From Asterias rubens (Eukaryota), in NCBI RefSeq assembly GCF_902459465.1, contig NC_047071.1, forward strand, positions 18,786,001 through 18,850,000: a DNA stretch of 64,000 bases. Reading direction: 5' to 3'. The notes below the pieces were generated by a model. It had not been told where the DNA came from and searched no databases. It was given only the letters and a program-made list of their open reading frames with translations. Made by a program: the position numbers and the translations under genes. This document shows, one piece after another, positions 38,392 to 49,786 of the stretch (positions are counted from its first letter, which is position 1; every line of letters starts with the position of its first letter).

Positions 38392-38888
38392 TGAATGTTT
38401 ATGAGTGCAATGGTGCGAATATGTTCATGAGTTGAAAGATGGAATGTTCTATTCAACGAGGCGGAGCCGAGTTGAATGGAACATTCCAGCTTTCAACGAA
38501 TGAACATATTCGCACCATTGCACGAATGAAAAACATTCACTATTTGTTTTATATAACATCCAAGTAGATCTTTGTCATTTTGATTGAAAGATACAACTTT
38601 CAAAACAAACAATTTCAACTGTAGAAGCTGAATGCTAGTAATTTTACTATGCCTTCTTGCAGTAACACCGGCTGCGTTACCAAATACACGCGCACGCAGT
38701 GATGTTTTTACTCAGCTTTTTCGTTCCATCCGAAAAGTACCATTGCACGCTGCCAGCGTGCAATGGTACTTTGCGGATGGAACGAAAAAGCACGGTGAGT
38801 GACTCAGCGTGCAATGGTACTTTTATTTGCTATCACGTGACGGACAATCCTCCAATCAAATGGCAAGGATCTGCTTGGGTGTTATATA
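38392..38888. mobile_element. Multi-hairpin non-autonomous DNA element (possibly Crypton-like)
   Basis: Palindrome 38392-38539 centred on GAGGCGGAGCCGAG. Palindrome 38715-38791 has 38 bp arms with one mismatch. TTATATAACATCCAAG / CTTGGGTGTTATATAA inverted pair. Confidence 0.6.
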
Positions 38889-39837
38889 AAGTCGTCTATT
38901 CTACATATAAATGTTAAGAGCATTAAAACAGTACGCACGTTATAATGTCAAACGAGTACCTTTAGGTTAATGCCACCTTTTCAAATCGTACATTAACCTT
39001 TCACGACTTCAGCCATACAGGTATCCGAATTGATACCCCGTATCTAGTTGCAATGAACCGTTGATGAAGCCATGTATCTGATTTGTATACACATTCAAAA
39101 GCTCACTACTTTTGCCTGTGTGTATCATTGTCTTTCCATACAGCATTCTCCGAATACTATTCTTGACAGAACGATATCGAATGAACACCACCTGTACATA
39201 CACTCATACAAATATATCATTTGATATTGACATGTAAATAACTTCATGCAGCAATACCCTTTAAACTTTTGTTTTAACTGCAGTGACATTTAATTAAAGA
39301 CGCTGCCAATACAACGTACATCAATGTGACTTTTCCCCACAAAGAACAAAATGAAGAAAGGGACAAAGTGATAATCTGCACTCTAGAAAATGAGACACTT
39401 TAAAGTGCACTGAGCATCACCAATAATCAAATTTACTTTACCGAAACCTTAACGTACTGTTTGTCTTGTGTTTTGGCAGGAACCTCGGGTGCGAAAATGA
39501 CGTTAATTGCCGGAACGTGACGTGATTTGAATTCCAACTAAAAAGAACGTCTATAAAAACAAGAGTAACTCAATAATTAATGAGCGACAGCATTGGTTTA
39601 TTGTCAAAGTAACGGGGTAAAATTGAGCGTAAATATTTGGACTCCAGGAGAAAACAGACGGTGGCCTAAAAAAAGTCCGAACGAAACAAACATAACTGTT
39701 CAAGTTTGATCTTGATTCCAGCAGCTGCTTTTTGGGAAACAAAACATTTAGTGCGAAATACAACGTCCACGTTGACAACGAGCAGTAACTCACATGTACA
39801 TCACTATTACGTAGTACTTATCATTTACAAAGTCTTG

Positions 39838-39976
39838 TGACGTATCCGTTTTGGCGGCTACGACTGCGGCTACGGCTGTTGCTAAGGGTGTTACTAAGGA
39901 ATTAATGTACTTCAATGCATGATGACGTGGAAATCTAGCCGTAGCCGTGGCTGTCGACCCCAATTCGGATACGATC
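39838..39976. mobile_element. Harbinger-like MITE with GGCTAC repeats, reverse copy
   Basis: CGTATCCGTTTTGGCGG ... CCAATTCGGATACG; homologous to 28305-28457. Confidence 0.65.
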
Positions 39977-40809
39977 ATCGATATTTGTATGGTTACTGTT
40001 CTTACAAAGTTGACCACTTTAATAAATACTTTAACCTCTTTACAGTTTACAGGAAGTTGAAATGGGTACAACCTCCGAATGGAGTATTTGTTGTGGCATG
40101 CTACGCCATCGACAAATATTTCATTATGTATAGGATGAAAACATGATCGTCATTGTAACAAGATATGATGAACAAACTGGTATTATTATAGGAAATCACA
40201 GGGGAAAATGGCAAGAGTACTGGCGTTTTGTTTGTGTAAACTCCTTAATGACGTTTAAATGAAAGTTTGTATGAAACATTGGGGGTGGGGCAGAGTTTTT
40301 TTTTTTTTTTTTTCGAAATATGTGAAACATAATATAGTCAAAACCAGCAAGGAAAAAAAACAGCAAATGTAGCCAAATAAGAAATTCAGTCATATACCTC
40401 ACAAGTAGCATTCAACACAATATGTTGGGAGTTGAGTATTGATTCAAAAACGAATGTGTGGGAACAGTGTGTGGTCTCGTGGGTAATTTCGTGATTAACC
40501 TGTTCTTTAAAAGGTCAATGTACGATTATTGAGTATGTCAAAAATAAAGCTTTCTCCTACGATCGGTTGTTCTTCAGGGCCTTATTTCTCTCTCAAAATA
40601 GTATTCTGTGTAATTGGTTTAATTATACCCCAATCGGGTATGACGATCGTAGCTGCAAATAATGTCTCAACGATGAGCTGAGAAAAGAATCCCCTCGCGA
40701 ATTTTTAGAATGTGTTGTCGTGTTTTAGTATGGTATCCAGACACATCTTAATCGATACCAACGGTACATTGTCTGTGCACCACTCTACCCCAAAACCGTG
40801 TTTACTTGG

Positions 40810-41123
40810 TTGAAAACACTGAACACGTTTGGTAATTGCCAAACACCAGGATTCTCACTAGGTGCATTTCAACACATGCACACAATCTAAAAATATCTGT
40901 GAATATTTTGGCTCGATTGGTCATGGAAGTTAACTTAAACGAAATTTTTAAGGAAAACACCCTTATTGCACAGGATGTTCGGGCTTTCAGATGCCTAAAA
41001 GAGGGCTTTTAATATTGGATTGAGAAAATACATGTTGTCTCAAAAATTGTATACTCGTTACCAGGTAAGGTTAAATGTTAATAATTATTTTGAGTAATTA
41101 CCAATAGCGTCCACTGCCTTTCA
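40810..41123 (+). mobile_element. Kolobok-like MITE family 1, diverged
   Basis: CACTGAACACGTTTGGTAATTG left end and GAGTAATTACCAATAGCGTCCACTGCCTT right end. Confidence 0.75.
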
Positions 41124-44110
41124 AGTAACATCTACATACATGTCGCTCAAAGTGCAGTTAAAACCGAACTTTCTTTCTGCAGAGGCATTGCAAGACACTG
41201 AGAGGAGAGTTGGAATTTTGAAGTAGACTAATGTATGCATTTATCTTACCCGCCAAGTGTAGTAGTAAATTTAAGCAGTCCAGCGCTCACACTTATGTCT
41301 GTCCGTCTGTCAGTTTGACTTGAAGTACTTCTGTTTGTAACATGTCGTTATGTCAGTCTGTTGTTGTTCTTGTTTTACTTTCCTTGTTGTTTTCCCTCTT
41401 ATTTTATATCGTTATAACAATTGTCTGTCTGTCATTGTCCACGAATCGACGTATACCTAAACTTCAAACCCGTCTTTAAAATGTTCAGAAATAACAAGTT
41501 ACAAATAACAATACATTAGTAAGTTATAATAAATAACTATACGACAATGTTCAATCGTTAAATAAAACATTGGACAGAATCATGTTTTATAAATTAAGCT
41601 GTTGTGTATAACTTAACTTTTGTTCAACACAATTTACTTATTCACTTGAAACGTGTAATGATAATTACAATTCCTTTATGCATCATTCGACCTAACGCAT
41701 TATCACGTGTTGCTCAACACTTCAAAGCGTGACACACATTAGTGTTGCTTCAATCAAACACAAACAAACGACAAAACGACAAAACATTATCGGCCCTGTT
41801 AACATATTATCTAAATCAGGAATCATTTTCCAGGGGGGAATAACAGAAAGAGAGGGGAAAAAACAGCCAGCAAAAAATTGGAAGGTAAAAACAAAATGTA
41901 AACCCCTGAAATCATGTGTAAAAAGAAAAAAAAACTTTTTTTTTTTTTTTTTTTCTTTTTTTATATAAGGGTGTTTTTTTGTTCTTCGATGGAAAGAAAC
42001 CAAAATCATATAAATAAAACATCAAAAGAACACGACACTGTTATTTCCTTCTTGTCCCAAGTTTGAATGACGGTTTCGCCTCCGGCAATACAGAAAGAGA
42101 CAACCTCTAGATGTGTTAGTTGCAAAGCCACTCTCCAGACCTGCCTGTTATACTTATTTCTTTTTGACACAGAATATTAACTCTTCAACCAATAAACCAA
42201 AATCCGTTAAACTTTAGCTTATTTGAGTTAGATGAATACCTTCAGGGTGAAATGTTCTATTGACATATAGAGAAAACAAAATCCATGGTAAGACTTTCTA
42301 TTCTAGACTGTGGAAGTATGACTCCTGTGAATAGGGAAGACAAATAACTTTGTCCAGTCTAAACTTTAGAATCGTAACTATTTGTGATCAGTCCCAACTG
42401 TGTTACAGCTGGTATTTTGTGACAACGAGTTAGAGAAAAGCGCAGCATTCTCAGCGAGCCTCTAAGTAATTTTGACCAAGCCCTCTGATATGACCTGAAT
42501 CCGGATCAGGTTTGACCCGGGAGGGTCAGGTTGTGGTAGATCCAGTATAAGTAACGAATCATTAACTTTTTGCTTCCAATTAAGATGCTCGTTAATTAAT
42601 TCAATGCAGTCAAAATGCAGATTTGCAAAGTATATGATAACTGGCATTAAATGTTCGGGAACTTATATTGGTTTATAAATCGTATTTGCTGGCTTCGTAT
42701 AATTTACCTTGACAATTTGACAACATTTATTTTTATTGATTTACAGTTCTTATTTATTTAATATGTTTTCGTTTTATAGGCAGTTGCCTTTTTCTTGGAC
42801 GCAAAGCCAGCAGTTGTTACTCATGACTCTGATCCGATTCGACGGTGTGAAGGTTCGGGATCGATTTTAGTATCGACTATCGATAATCTACAATATGTAA
42901 TAGATACCGAGGATACTCGATGTATAGATTCACAGAATGTATTTACTGAGGCTGTCCTTCGGGCTTGAGTTCTGCAAAGGTCTCAGGCACGATATATCCA
43001 TCTATTCGCTCTGGATTCCCAGAGCATCCGGTGTTGTTTTTGTCCGAAAGCAAGTGTTTCATTTGATATTTCACGTTTGGGATCATCAGAAGATTGGAAC
43101 GGCCCTAGAAAACAAATCCCAGAGGGTTTACCCTTCCACTCAAAGCCATTTCATCGTTCTTAAACTCTGATCTTTCCAATAGGCCTACCGGTGTTGGCTT
43201 TACAGTCCCCTATTGAAGCCATGGGGCCCTAGCAAAAAAAATAACTCACAAATCTTAGAATGGCCATAGATTGCATTCAAGCATGGGCTACTTGTAACGT
43301 TGACATAGGACTTGTTATTTTATTTTTTATTTTTTTTCTTTTTTTTTTATATTTGTTGTATTCCCTCTTCCTCCGGGGTTTTGCATGGGCTTTAACTGGT
43401 GTAAGCGTAGCCACTATGCGGGGAAAAAAAACCCCATCTAAATCGGGGTGGTTTTAATGAAACCGTATTATTTGATCTGTGCATTGCAATTACCAAAGGA
43501 TTTACAGTCAAGAACGACTGAATGCGTATCATATACGCACTTTCAGAGCAATCATATGTTTGGAGAGTAGTCTGCAGAGACGTATGTTGTAACAAAACAA
43601 GGAAAATATAAAATATAAACCTAAGTTGTGGAAACCACGTCAGAATTTGATTTGTGTATACAACGCCTCCACCTTCCGGGTTTAAAAGGGGTAGTTTCTC
43701 AACACTGGCAAAACAGTTAAGTCATTCAACTTGTTTTGGGAATAGTGTATTGAAGGTGATCCAACGGTTTTGAGTGAAACGAGAAATAAGGGAGAGGGTT
43801 GGAGTCAGATGGTTTGGTCGGTAAAAATGTAATGTTTTTCTGTAAAATTATCGTATTATCTAAGTATAACGTGATTGTTATCTAGGTTGAATTAATCCTA
43901 CTGTAATGTCTATTTTCATGTCTTCCTATAAAACACCACAATAACCGTCCAAAAGACCCATACTGCCGTGCCCACAGACGATTGCATGTGAAAGTCATTT
44001 ACTTGTGGAAATGTGCAAGAAAGTGCAGGCTTTAATTTCTTGTATTTCAAACTGTAATCCAGTTGGTAGTTTTATGACTTTTCTGTCATGCGAACCGCCA
44101 TCTATAATGG

Positions 44111-44700
44111 TCAAACCAGTGACTCTTCGCCAGTTATAACTTTTGAAACCCTCGACTGATTCACACTCGTTCTGGCCTGCCTATCTTCAAATCTACAGCA
44201 CGGTTTGAAAACCTTCTTGAAGTACTTCTTGAAACTAGTTGTGGTGAATGCGTAGACAAATGGATTGACACAGCTATTGCCATAAGCAAGACAGAGGGCG
44301 ACAAACTGCAACGAGCCCATTAGTACATAGTGTCTATTACTCGTCATATGAAACTCCACATAGTCAAAAGCAATCCACATTCTAAAGAAGTGCTTAGGAG
44401 CCCAACAAACAGCAAACAGTAACACCACGACAAACACCATGCGCGTGATTTTCCGTTTGCGTCGAACGGCTCTTTCCTGGGCCTGCGCACTCTCCGTCCC
44501 TCGTGCTGTTCTCGTCCACACTTGTAGCAGTATACTGATGTAACACACCAGGTTTATAATCAGTGGCACCACGTACATCGAGAGCGTTGCGAAAGTTTGA
44601 AACACTCTCTCCCCACGAACAGTCCCAAAAACTGTTTCGCAGTAGTTGTAGCTGGTTACTTTGGATACGACTGCCACTGGAGAGTGCATCATGAATGAAA
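44111..44700 (-). CDS. KISS1R-like: Kisspeptin-type GPCR, gene B, terminal coding exon (TM4 end to C-tail)
   Basis: Acceptor TTTGTTTACTCTTATAAACAG|TT at 44701/44700 (phase 1, completes GTT Val). Encodes the ECL2 Cys, TM5 YVVPL, TM6 CWAP, TM7 YGNSCVNPFVY (NPxxY), helix 8 and the CC pair, a likely palmitoylation site. Stop at 44113-44111. Confidence 0.92.
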
Positions 44701-44752
44701 CTGTTTATAAGAGTAAACAAACATTCATGTAGTTATTATTATATACAGTCAT

Positions 44753-45178
44753 CTGGGCCCAATTTCATAGAGCTGCTAAGCACAAAAATGTTGCTTAGCA
44801 TGACATTTCTTCCTTGATTAAAACAGAACTACAAACCAAATTTATATTTGTTGCAGATTGCTTGTTAATGGTATTCAGCTGTTGTATGCTTTATCCTGAA
44901 AAACACGTGATAATTTGGTTGGTAATCCTTTTTTTATCAAGACAAAAATGTCATGTTAAGCAAATTTGGGAGCTTAGCAGCTCTATGCGAAAGGCTATAT
45001 TAAAAAGCCTCAACAAGCTACTAAGCAATGGAAAACCTTGTTTGGCAAAAACAGGTTCCCAGCCAACATTCCATAAAGTTTACACTGTTGCGACTGGTGC
45101 CCCGCTCATGTTGTGCTTAGCAGACCAATTTGTCAAGCAGTATTTTCTGTTAAACAACTTCATAAAATTGTGCCCTGG
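44753..45178. mobile_element. Harbinger-like MITE(s) in intron 2 of gene B
   Basis: CTGGGCCCAATTTCAT / ATAAAATTGTGCCCTGG termini with GCTAAGCA/TGCTTAGC internal repeats; possibly two nested copies. Confidence 0.65.
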
Positions 45179-45624
45179 TGAATAGACGTCATACAGCCGG
45201 CATTTTAAAAGTAAACCGATTGATGCAACAAGGGAAAACGCACATAATATTTGTACCCGCGGCACGCGTGAAAGGCAAGTGACCAACGTCATAAAAAAGG
45301 TCTACCAGTTATAATGTTCAAATCAGCAGTGGTTCACGATTTCATCGTTCATTAAGCCCAGTATGGTATCGTTTGTATTGTGCAGAATGATATGCAGTTA
45401 AACACGCAAAACTGTCTTAATTTTCCACAATTTCAACGAGTAATTACTTTGGATAATTTCTGAAAAAAATCAAGAGGGACGGGGGGGGGGGGGGCTATGC
45501 TCCCGATCAACATCGTAATGTATGGTTATATTTCAATGCAACTATCGAGAACTGCAAAATAAATGTACCACACAATATCACGAAAGGGGGCGCTACACTC
45601 GTTCGCGGAGCAGAGCTGTGTGTT

Positions 45625-45770
45625 AGGCCCGGTTCATACCTCCTGCAAGTGCTAATGCAAAGCGAATTTTGACGTCACATGGCTGCCCTTAAGCGAATGT
45701 TTCGCAAAAGTTGAAACAGTTCAAACGTTGCAAATTTGTGACGTCTAACTTGAATGTTTGTGCATTAACT
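45625..45770. mobile_element. Partial copy of the GGTTCATAC MITE in intron 2 of gene B
   Basis: AGGCCCGGTTCATACCTCCTGC...GCGAATTTTGACGTCAC...AATTTGTGACGTC. Confidence 0.55.
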
Positions 45771-46003
45771 TATTGAGTAGGATTTTAAACTGTGCACGGT
45801 GGAAGTAAAACCAAAAGAGGTTTACGTTAACACCATGCGAATATCTTTTGTTGGGGAGTTTTGGTCCTAACCTGCTGGCTCTTTTACGAACCATGAAGGA
45901 TTTCATTCAACAATTTCAGAACCAACACTACTTAAAAAGAGATATTTACAACTTGTTACCGCAAACCTCTCTTAGTTATTAACATGTTTGCCATTAGCTT
46001 TAC

Positions 46004-46139
46004 CTGCCCAGATCGTGACGTTTATAATCAGGACCTTGTTTGTAGTACGGCTCCTTCTAGAACGTACAGCGTGAACAATCAGAAAGTACCTGTCAATCGA
46101 CATTGCAGTAAGGGTACAACACGTAGCCTGCACAGTGAC
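46004..46139 (-). CDS. KISS1R-like: Kisspeptin-type GPCR, gene B, coding exon 2 (TM3 with DRY, ICL2, TM4)
   Basis: Not in the ORF track. Acceptor TTTTGCCTTGTTTCAG|GTC at 46140/46139. The 136 nt encode VTVQATCCTLTAMSIDRYFLIVHAVRSRRSRTTNKVLIINVTIWA plus one G. Donor G|GTAAAG at 46004/46003. Phases 0 and 1 fit the flanking exons. Confidence 0.93.
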
Positions 46140-46692
46140 CTGAAACAAGGCAAAATCATAAGACTAAATAATGACCCTTTAAAATCATTCATCTCTTTTC
46201 CTACCAATAATTTTGACTTATGTGTTCCCCACCTCAGACCTTCCCCTTGTGTTACCTTTCTCTTCGTCCATCACCTGCTTTCTCTGTGTGCTTTTATCGC
46301 TATCATATAATTCTATTTGACTGCTTTTGTTACACCAGTATACATGTTTATGTTTGTAGAATTGGATTTGAGGCATTGCATGATGAGGTATCAATATGAT
46401 TTGCGGTAACACCATGTGTGTATCTACTTGCCAAGTCTGTTCTTAGAGAACTGTCTTGCTTAATTATACTACCGCGGAGTAGATTTTGTCGGGTGTTCGG
46501 GAGACTTCTCCGTTCTGTAAAAGAACAGTCCTGCTTATTAACTATTTACTATTATTAAATTGAAACTACATGTTTGTAGTGTTGTCATTTAGCCTTTGGG
46601 AAAGACGCTGCTTAGGGTCGAAACGTTGGGAATTTTTACTATTTTCTTGGGGATGGTACCATAGGTCCTTTCGGTTGGTTTGCGAACAGTTA

Positions 46693-47293
46693 CAACGCAC
46701 AAACTTGGGTGTTAAAATCTACGCCATTACTAAAGATATCCAAGAGAGAATCAAAATTAACACCATAGGGTGTTAAAATAACACCAACATATTATTGTGT
46801 TGGCAGAAATTTGTGTTTGTTTACGCTCTATGTGTATAATAAATGTTGCTTCTTCTTGTTGGTGTTAAAGACACTGGACACTATTAGTATTTGTCAAAGA
46901 CCAGTCTTCTCACTTGGTGCATCTCAACATATGCATAAAATGACAAACCTGTGAAAATTTGAGCTCAATTGTTCGTCGAAGTTGCGAGAAAATAATGAAA
47001 GAAAAACACCTTGTCACATGAAGTTGTGTGCTTTCAAAAGCTTGATTTCGAGACCTCATTGTCTAAATCTGAGGTTTCGAAATCAAATTCGCGTAAAATT
47101 ACTTCTTTCTCGAAAACTACGTCACTTCAAAGAGAGCCGTTTCTCACAATGTTTTATACTGTCAACCTCTACCAATTACTCGTTACCAAGTAAGGTTGCA
47201 AAATAACAATTATTTTTGAGTAGTTACCAATAGTGTCCACTTTAATATAAAAACGACCATGGTGTAAATTTGAACACCCCAGTTTGTGCACTG
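46693..47293. mobile_element. TA-flanked MITE hosting the 46865-47245 insertion
   Basis: GCACAAACTTGGGTGTTAAAAT matches the reverse complement of ATTTGAACACCCCAGTTTGTGC at 20 of 22 positions. TA at 46691-46692 and 47294-47295. A related decayed copy lies at about 18750-19125. Confidence 0.55.
46865..47245 (+). mobile_element. Kolobok-like MITE family 1 (in intron 1 of gene B, nested in another MITE)
   Basis: TTAA-AGACACTGGACACTATT ... TACCAATAGTGTCCACT-TTAA with full core. Confidence 0.88.
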
Positions 47294-49378
47294 TAGCTCT
47301 TATGTGTAGCTTTGTGGTTTGGATTGTGTTGCGAATACGTACATTTTGGCCAGTATTAAAAATAAAGTGTTCCTCAAGATATTATTTTTCTTTTTTCTTT
47401 CAACTATGAGCATTCCCTGGAGTGTGTTTGATGTTTATTTTGGAAAACAGAACTAGGCCCTGTAGACCTTAATAATAGTTGTTATTTTCTGGATTAAATT
47501 CCCTGTGCGCCCGTACCTGGGATTATCGTATTGGTAATCAATACAAAAATGGGCCATCATTTCGTGTTCCTTTGAAGGTTTTGTTCTGTATTTAAATGCC
47601 TCGGTTCCACCACGCAGCTCTTCGACAGATGAAAGGGCTGCAATGTGAACGTGGTCTATTTAAAGGAACGGAATAATATTGAAATTATGAGGCAAAGCGG
47701 CGTTTTGTCCAAAATAAAACAATTGTATCGCATATAATTATCAAAATAGGCATCAATAACTTATTATTGTGGTTTGGAAATATATATATAATTATGTAGG
47801 TGCTACTCATGCCGGCCGATTACTTAGACTCGGTTGACTTTCAGACAGATGGCGGTGTTTTGGAAGAAAATAGTAAAATTTGTTTGTCTGTGTTTTGTAT
47901 TATCTGTTCAAGGGCGGGAGACAACATCAACAAAAAGTATTCCTTCCAAACCAATATTAAACCCGCTGACGAGTGCGTTTCAACTGGCCGCTGAATCGAA
48001 ACTTATTTATTTTTAAAGGTCCGTGCGTCACGAATCAGGACATAGATTAATGAATACAATTAAGTAATAGCACACCCATAGCTATTGGCTGCATATGTGG
48101 CCGTGGTCATATGGTGGGTTAAATTGTTTTTTGGTAACTTTTGTAGGTCAATATTTGGCCATGACCCGGATCTCTACTCACTGTTAATGAAGATGTATGT
48201 AACCTAGTTACCATGTGAAAGTTTCAGCTTCAATAGTTGCCAAGCTTATGAGAAACACATGTGAAAATCAGGAACGATGTTTTCAGGGGAGTCGTGTAAA
48301 TACCAGTATGTCGTCTCCCGAGACGACACTAATTTTTGCGACATTACCCATTTCTCAAAAACTACAGCACCTCAGCAAGAAATACTTTTAGGGAATCGTT
48401 CTAACATTATTGTCTTTAAACCGTGTAAGTTTAAATTGTTGCCATTTTGTTTGGTGTCGACCAAGAAGTACCCTCACCCTTTAAATACAAAGTGCACAGC
48501 AAATCTAAAACAACATGTGTATTTATAAACACGTTTGTCCAGTTCACTTTATTAGCCTTAGCATTGTTTTACTTGTCAGCGTTTCCAAAGTGTTTGTTAG
48601 TTTCTTTGTCTGTCCTTTTTTTATCTAGTCATGCTATTTCTGAGGAGCGACTTTCCAAACAGCAAACAGCCAGCATGGTGTTTACCGTCCACTCGTTCGG
48701 TATTGAGTTTGTTTCAGGGTGTACCCATACCATTAAAGTCGGTCGATGACACGTCCAAAGAACACCAAGAAGGAATTCGCAACTCCTTCCCTAAAGGAAG
48801 CATATTCAAATCAAATCATTTCGTTCGGTAAACAGGCCATATAGATAAACAAAATCAATCTTGACGATTGAACTTGACCGTTTTTTCTCTTTTCAGACAG
48901 TGCCACGTTTCAGACCCATTGAGATTCAAGTGGCTTTTTACTGCATATAGCCTATGGCAGCTCCAGTGTTTCTTTTACCCGGTAAATACAGCACTGCGAA
49001 GAGGTGTGACTTCCTTTTACCTGAAGTAAAGTTGATTCTGCGGATTGTGACCGACTTTGCTGACCAAGATACATAGCACTCACAAGGAAAAGGGGCGCAC
49101 AATCTAAAAGCTCTGGTTAAAATGCTGTTTGCCGATTGTGACTTCTGTCTTCAAAAAGTAAGACAACGATCTGAATAAACCTTGTCCAAACCCATGCCCC
49201 AAATCACACACTCTACAGCGTCCGACAATCACAAACTGACCTATAACATCAAGTTCTGCCTTGTTTGTTTTATCCGAGTAATTATTTTGAAAAGGGTCGT
49301 ATTTTCGTTCGATATTACTTTTAGATCATGTTTATCTTGTGTAATAGTGTGGGAATTATCTAAACCTGTTTTACTTAC

Positions 49379-49786
49379 AAACTGAATGTAGTTGACTCCT
49401 TTGCATACACCAGTGCTCATAGGTATAATACCTGAATTCTGTAAGGCTGTAGGCAGTATGCAGAACAACACTGTTGCTACATCTGTGATTGCCAGATTAG
49501 CGATGAAATAGTTCGTAACCGTCTGCATATCGGTGTGTCGACAGATAATAAACATCACCGAACAGTTACCGACAAGTCCCATCAAGGCAAGCAGGAAGAA
49601 TGTCGTAGGTACCAGAATTCTGCTGGTGGCGTTGAATATACTGACTGAGATGTCGAACACATAGTCGCTCGTATTGTTTGAGTCGTAATAATTTTCGACT
49701 TCAAAGTCTTCCATGATGCTCGTTGATAAGTTACTGATCTGGATCTGGTGTAATAGGCCGAGTTGGTGATCTGCAGTTGACATCAT
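49379..49786 (-). CDS. KISS1R-like: Kisspeptin-type GPCR, gene B, coding exon 1 (alternative start ATG at 49714)
   Basis: Translation ...MEDFEVENYYDSNNTS...GLVGNCSV...MQTVTNYFIANLAITDV...CKGVNYIQF, then phase-0 donor TTT|GTAAGT at 49379/49378. An in-frame TGA lies upstream of the ATG at 49786. Confidence 0.9.

Noticed and set aside
43315-43335. AATAAA poly(A) signals for gene B
   Set aside because: They lie within an A-rich low-complexity run and cannot be distinguished from chance without 3'-end data.
44394-45185. 108 aa ORF (44394-44720) and 123 aa ORF (44814-45185)
   Set aside because: The first is an alternative frame of gene B exon 3; the second lies in a MITE.
48540-48790. IDRL*...WVHP segment resembling a DRY...HP motif in intron 1 of gene B
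   Set aside because: Needs a stop and a frameshift and lacks fitting splice sites; the true exon 2 is at 46139-46004.
49241-49378. 3' part of the 181 aa ORF
   Set aside because: Intron read-through after the GTAAGT donor.
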